From: Cenococcum geophilum
Taxonomy: Eukaryota
DNA length: 64,000 bases
Assembly: GCA_050273025.1 (NCBI GenBank)
Contig: CP158635.1
Location: forward strand, 8,122,001 to 8,186,000
Reading direction: 5' to 3'
In this document: in pieces, positions 62,101-64,000 of the stretch
Position numbering within the stretch: the first letter of the stretch is position 1
How the letters are laid out: every line of letters starts with the position of its first letter
Program-made: the position numbers and the translations under genes
The notes under the pieces: generated by a model
The model's database searches: none
What the model saw: only the letters and a program-made list of their open reading frames with translations
What the model was told of the DNA's origin: nothing

Positions 62101-64000
62101 TTTTCTATATTATAAACGATTTAATTAGGGGGTCCTAAGTAGACATTAATCTAGCATAATTATAGGGTATCCTATGCGTTTCTAGCTAATATATCCTTTA
62201 AGAAACGTGCGGCTTAGAAGGAGGTTAAGAAGTTAATAACTTAAAGTACTAGCTTGCCGCTAAGATATATAACGTCAATAATAATATAAAAGTTAAAGTC
62301 GTAGTTATCTTTAAGGGTAAACTTAAATCGGCTAGGGGACTTCTAGTTCATTTAGCAGTAGTGGCAGTACTTTATAAGATACTTAATTACCTTAACCTTA
62401 ACTTTATAGCCTACTCACTAAAGAACCCTAAGCAATTAATAAACGGATAGGTAGTTAAAACAATAGTATAGTTAGCGTAACTCTAACTTAGTTAAATAGC
62501 TCTAAGCAACACTCCTTTCTAGTTATTAAAGGAGCAGCTAAAGGTAACCCCACTTATATATAATAGGCACCTAATTGTCTCCCTACACAAGCATATTCTT
62601 AAGGTTGTTAAGTTTAACGCCTAATTTATCTATATTCCTAATACAGAATAGAAACAGAGTGTTTACGGGAATAATATGGAAAGTAATATATCCTAAGGGG
62701 GTTTAGACCCTAATTATACTAAGAGAAATCGCGGTACCCTTGCTAAAACGTATTATATATTAGCCTGCCGTTAATTAGTTAATCTAGATAAAAGTATTAA
62801 GTTATTAAAGGGCTTAAACTTAAGGTTCTCCTACTATAGATACTCCTGCGGCTCCAGTATCTGGCATAATACTATAGAAGATATTCGCCAAGTATCTATT
62901 ATTAAAGGAGAACGTAAAGCTCTCCTTTAGCTTATTAAAGATATTTAACTTTATAGTAAAATGGAGCATAGATTAGTTATTAAGAATAGTAACGGTTTGT
63001 ATACCATCTACCTTACTATACTTAGTAAAGTATTAGTCAGGTAAGTAATCCTCAATTTCCATATCTATAAGGAGCTATTTAGCCTTATTAACCTTACCCT
63101 TAAGATCTTCTACGCCTTTATATTAAACCAGAAAGCTTTAGAAGTAAGCCGTAGTAGCCTTATAATTTCCAACATTTCTTATACTTTAGCGAAACTTATT
63201 ATATGCCTCCTTTCGCTTATTAAGAGAATACCTAGTTAACCAGCAATTCGGTTTCTTACAAACATAGCATTTCTTCTAGCAATTACTTTAAAATGAACCT
63301 CTATAAGAACCTCCACCTTTACCTTATAGTTATTAATTATACCCTCTACCGTATTACCTACTACGGCCACTATATATTTAATCAGTCCAGTTATAGTTAT
63401 ATTAGTTAGGCGGGTTAATTAAAGTAAGTTAGAGTTAGGCGTTAAATTGCTATACTTTTTAAAAGCGTAAAGTAGTACTAATAGAAGATCTTAATTGGGC
63501 ATATACTCCTTTATAAGTATTTACAGGATTAAAGAGAGTAAGGTTATATTCTTTAACGCCTTAGCATGCGCTAATAACTTAATTACGTAGGCTGAAATCC
63601 TCTTAATATAATTTAAATAAACCACGCTAAATCGTCTAAAGTTAATTAAAGAGCTTTTAAAGATAATTAAGCCGAGGGACACCTAGGTTTATAGCAATAA
63701 TCCTTAAAAAGGTAGTCTCTCTCTATTCTAACATATACTACTACTTATTCTCTTCTATTTTAAAGTAGTATCTTAACATATATATCATGCGGTTAAAATT
63801 ATATCCTTTTCCTACTAAACAATCATAATAAAAGGTACTAGCTCGGCCCTTAAGCATAACAGAATAAGCGTTATAGTATTAATTAGACTCTATTCCTACC
63901 TTCTAGCAATAGTTATAGAAGATACATAGTTTTAAATTAAAAACATTATATAATTCCCTACTAAACTTCTTCTCCTAATCCGAGTAGAGCTTCGTAAGCT
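59194..64000 (-). mobile_element. RIPed Ty1/copia LTR retrotransposon (Copia-B), 5' end beyond window
   Basis: 3' LTR 59194-59401 (minus strand TGTCGGG...CCAACA) preceded by purine-rich AAAAGAAGAG. Minus-strand gag knuckle CYVCKKPNCW (~63250), protease MPDTGAAG (~62860), integrase, RT and RNase H in copia order. Confidence 0.88.

Overview
This is a filamentous ascomycete (Pezizomycotina-type) genomic window. It is mostly AT-rich transposon stacks heavily mutated by RIP (repeat-induced point mutation), with small GC-balanced gene islands between them. At 1-14.4 kb a Ty1/copia element is split by a complete chromovirus Ty3/gypsy (TSD CGCGG) and by a 2.55-kb non-coding TIR element filled with four different tandem arrays. 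At 14.7-34.2 kb there is a four-level nest: PIF/Harbinger remnant > second PHIS element with AAT TSD > gypsy > gypsy, plus a solo LTR and a pogo derivative. At 34.3-35.4 kb lies a highly structured non-coding insertion with a 14-bp TSD (SINE-like candidate). The 35.7-39.7 kb island holds an intact 7-exon F-box gene and a CYP52-like P450 pseudogene, followed by a RIPed Tad1-like LINE at 40.4-46.1 kb. At 46.1-51.4 kb, Tc1-type TIRs with TA TSDs enclose an intact chimeric gene ending in the Msb2 signalling-mucin tail (candidate Pack-Tc1), together with a nested Tc1, two MITEs and a solo LTR. At 51.8-56.2 kb is a PNP_UDP/NB-ARC/TPR fungal NLR whose 126-bp repeat array decays along a RIP gradient. 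At 57.3-64 kb a gypsy is interrupted by a second copia. One 27-bp palindromic 3'-UTR module is shared by both copias and one gypsy. All calls were made by eye and no database searches were run.
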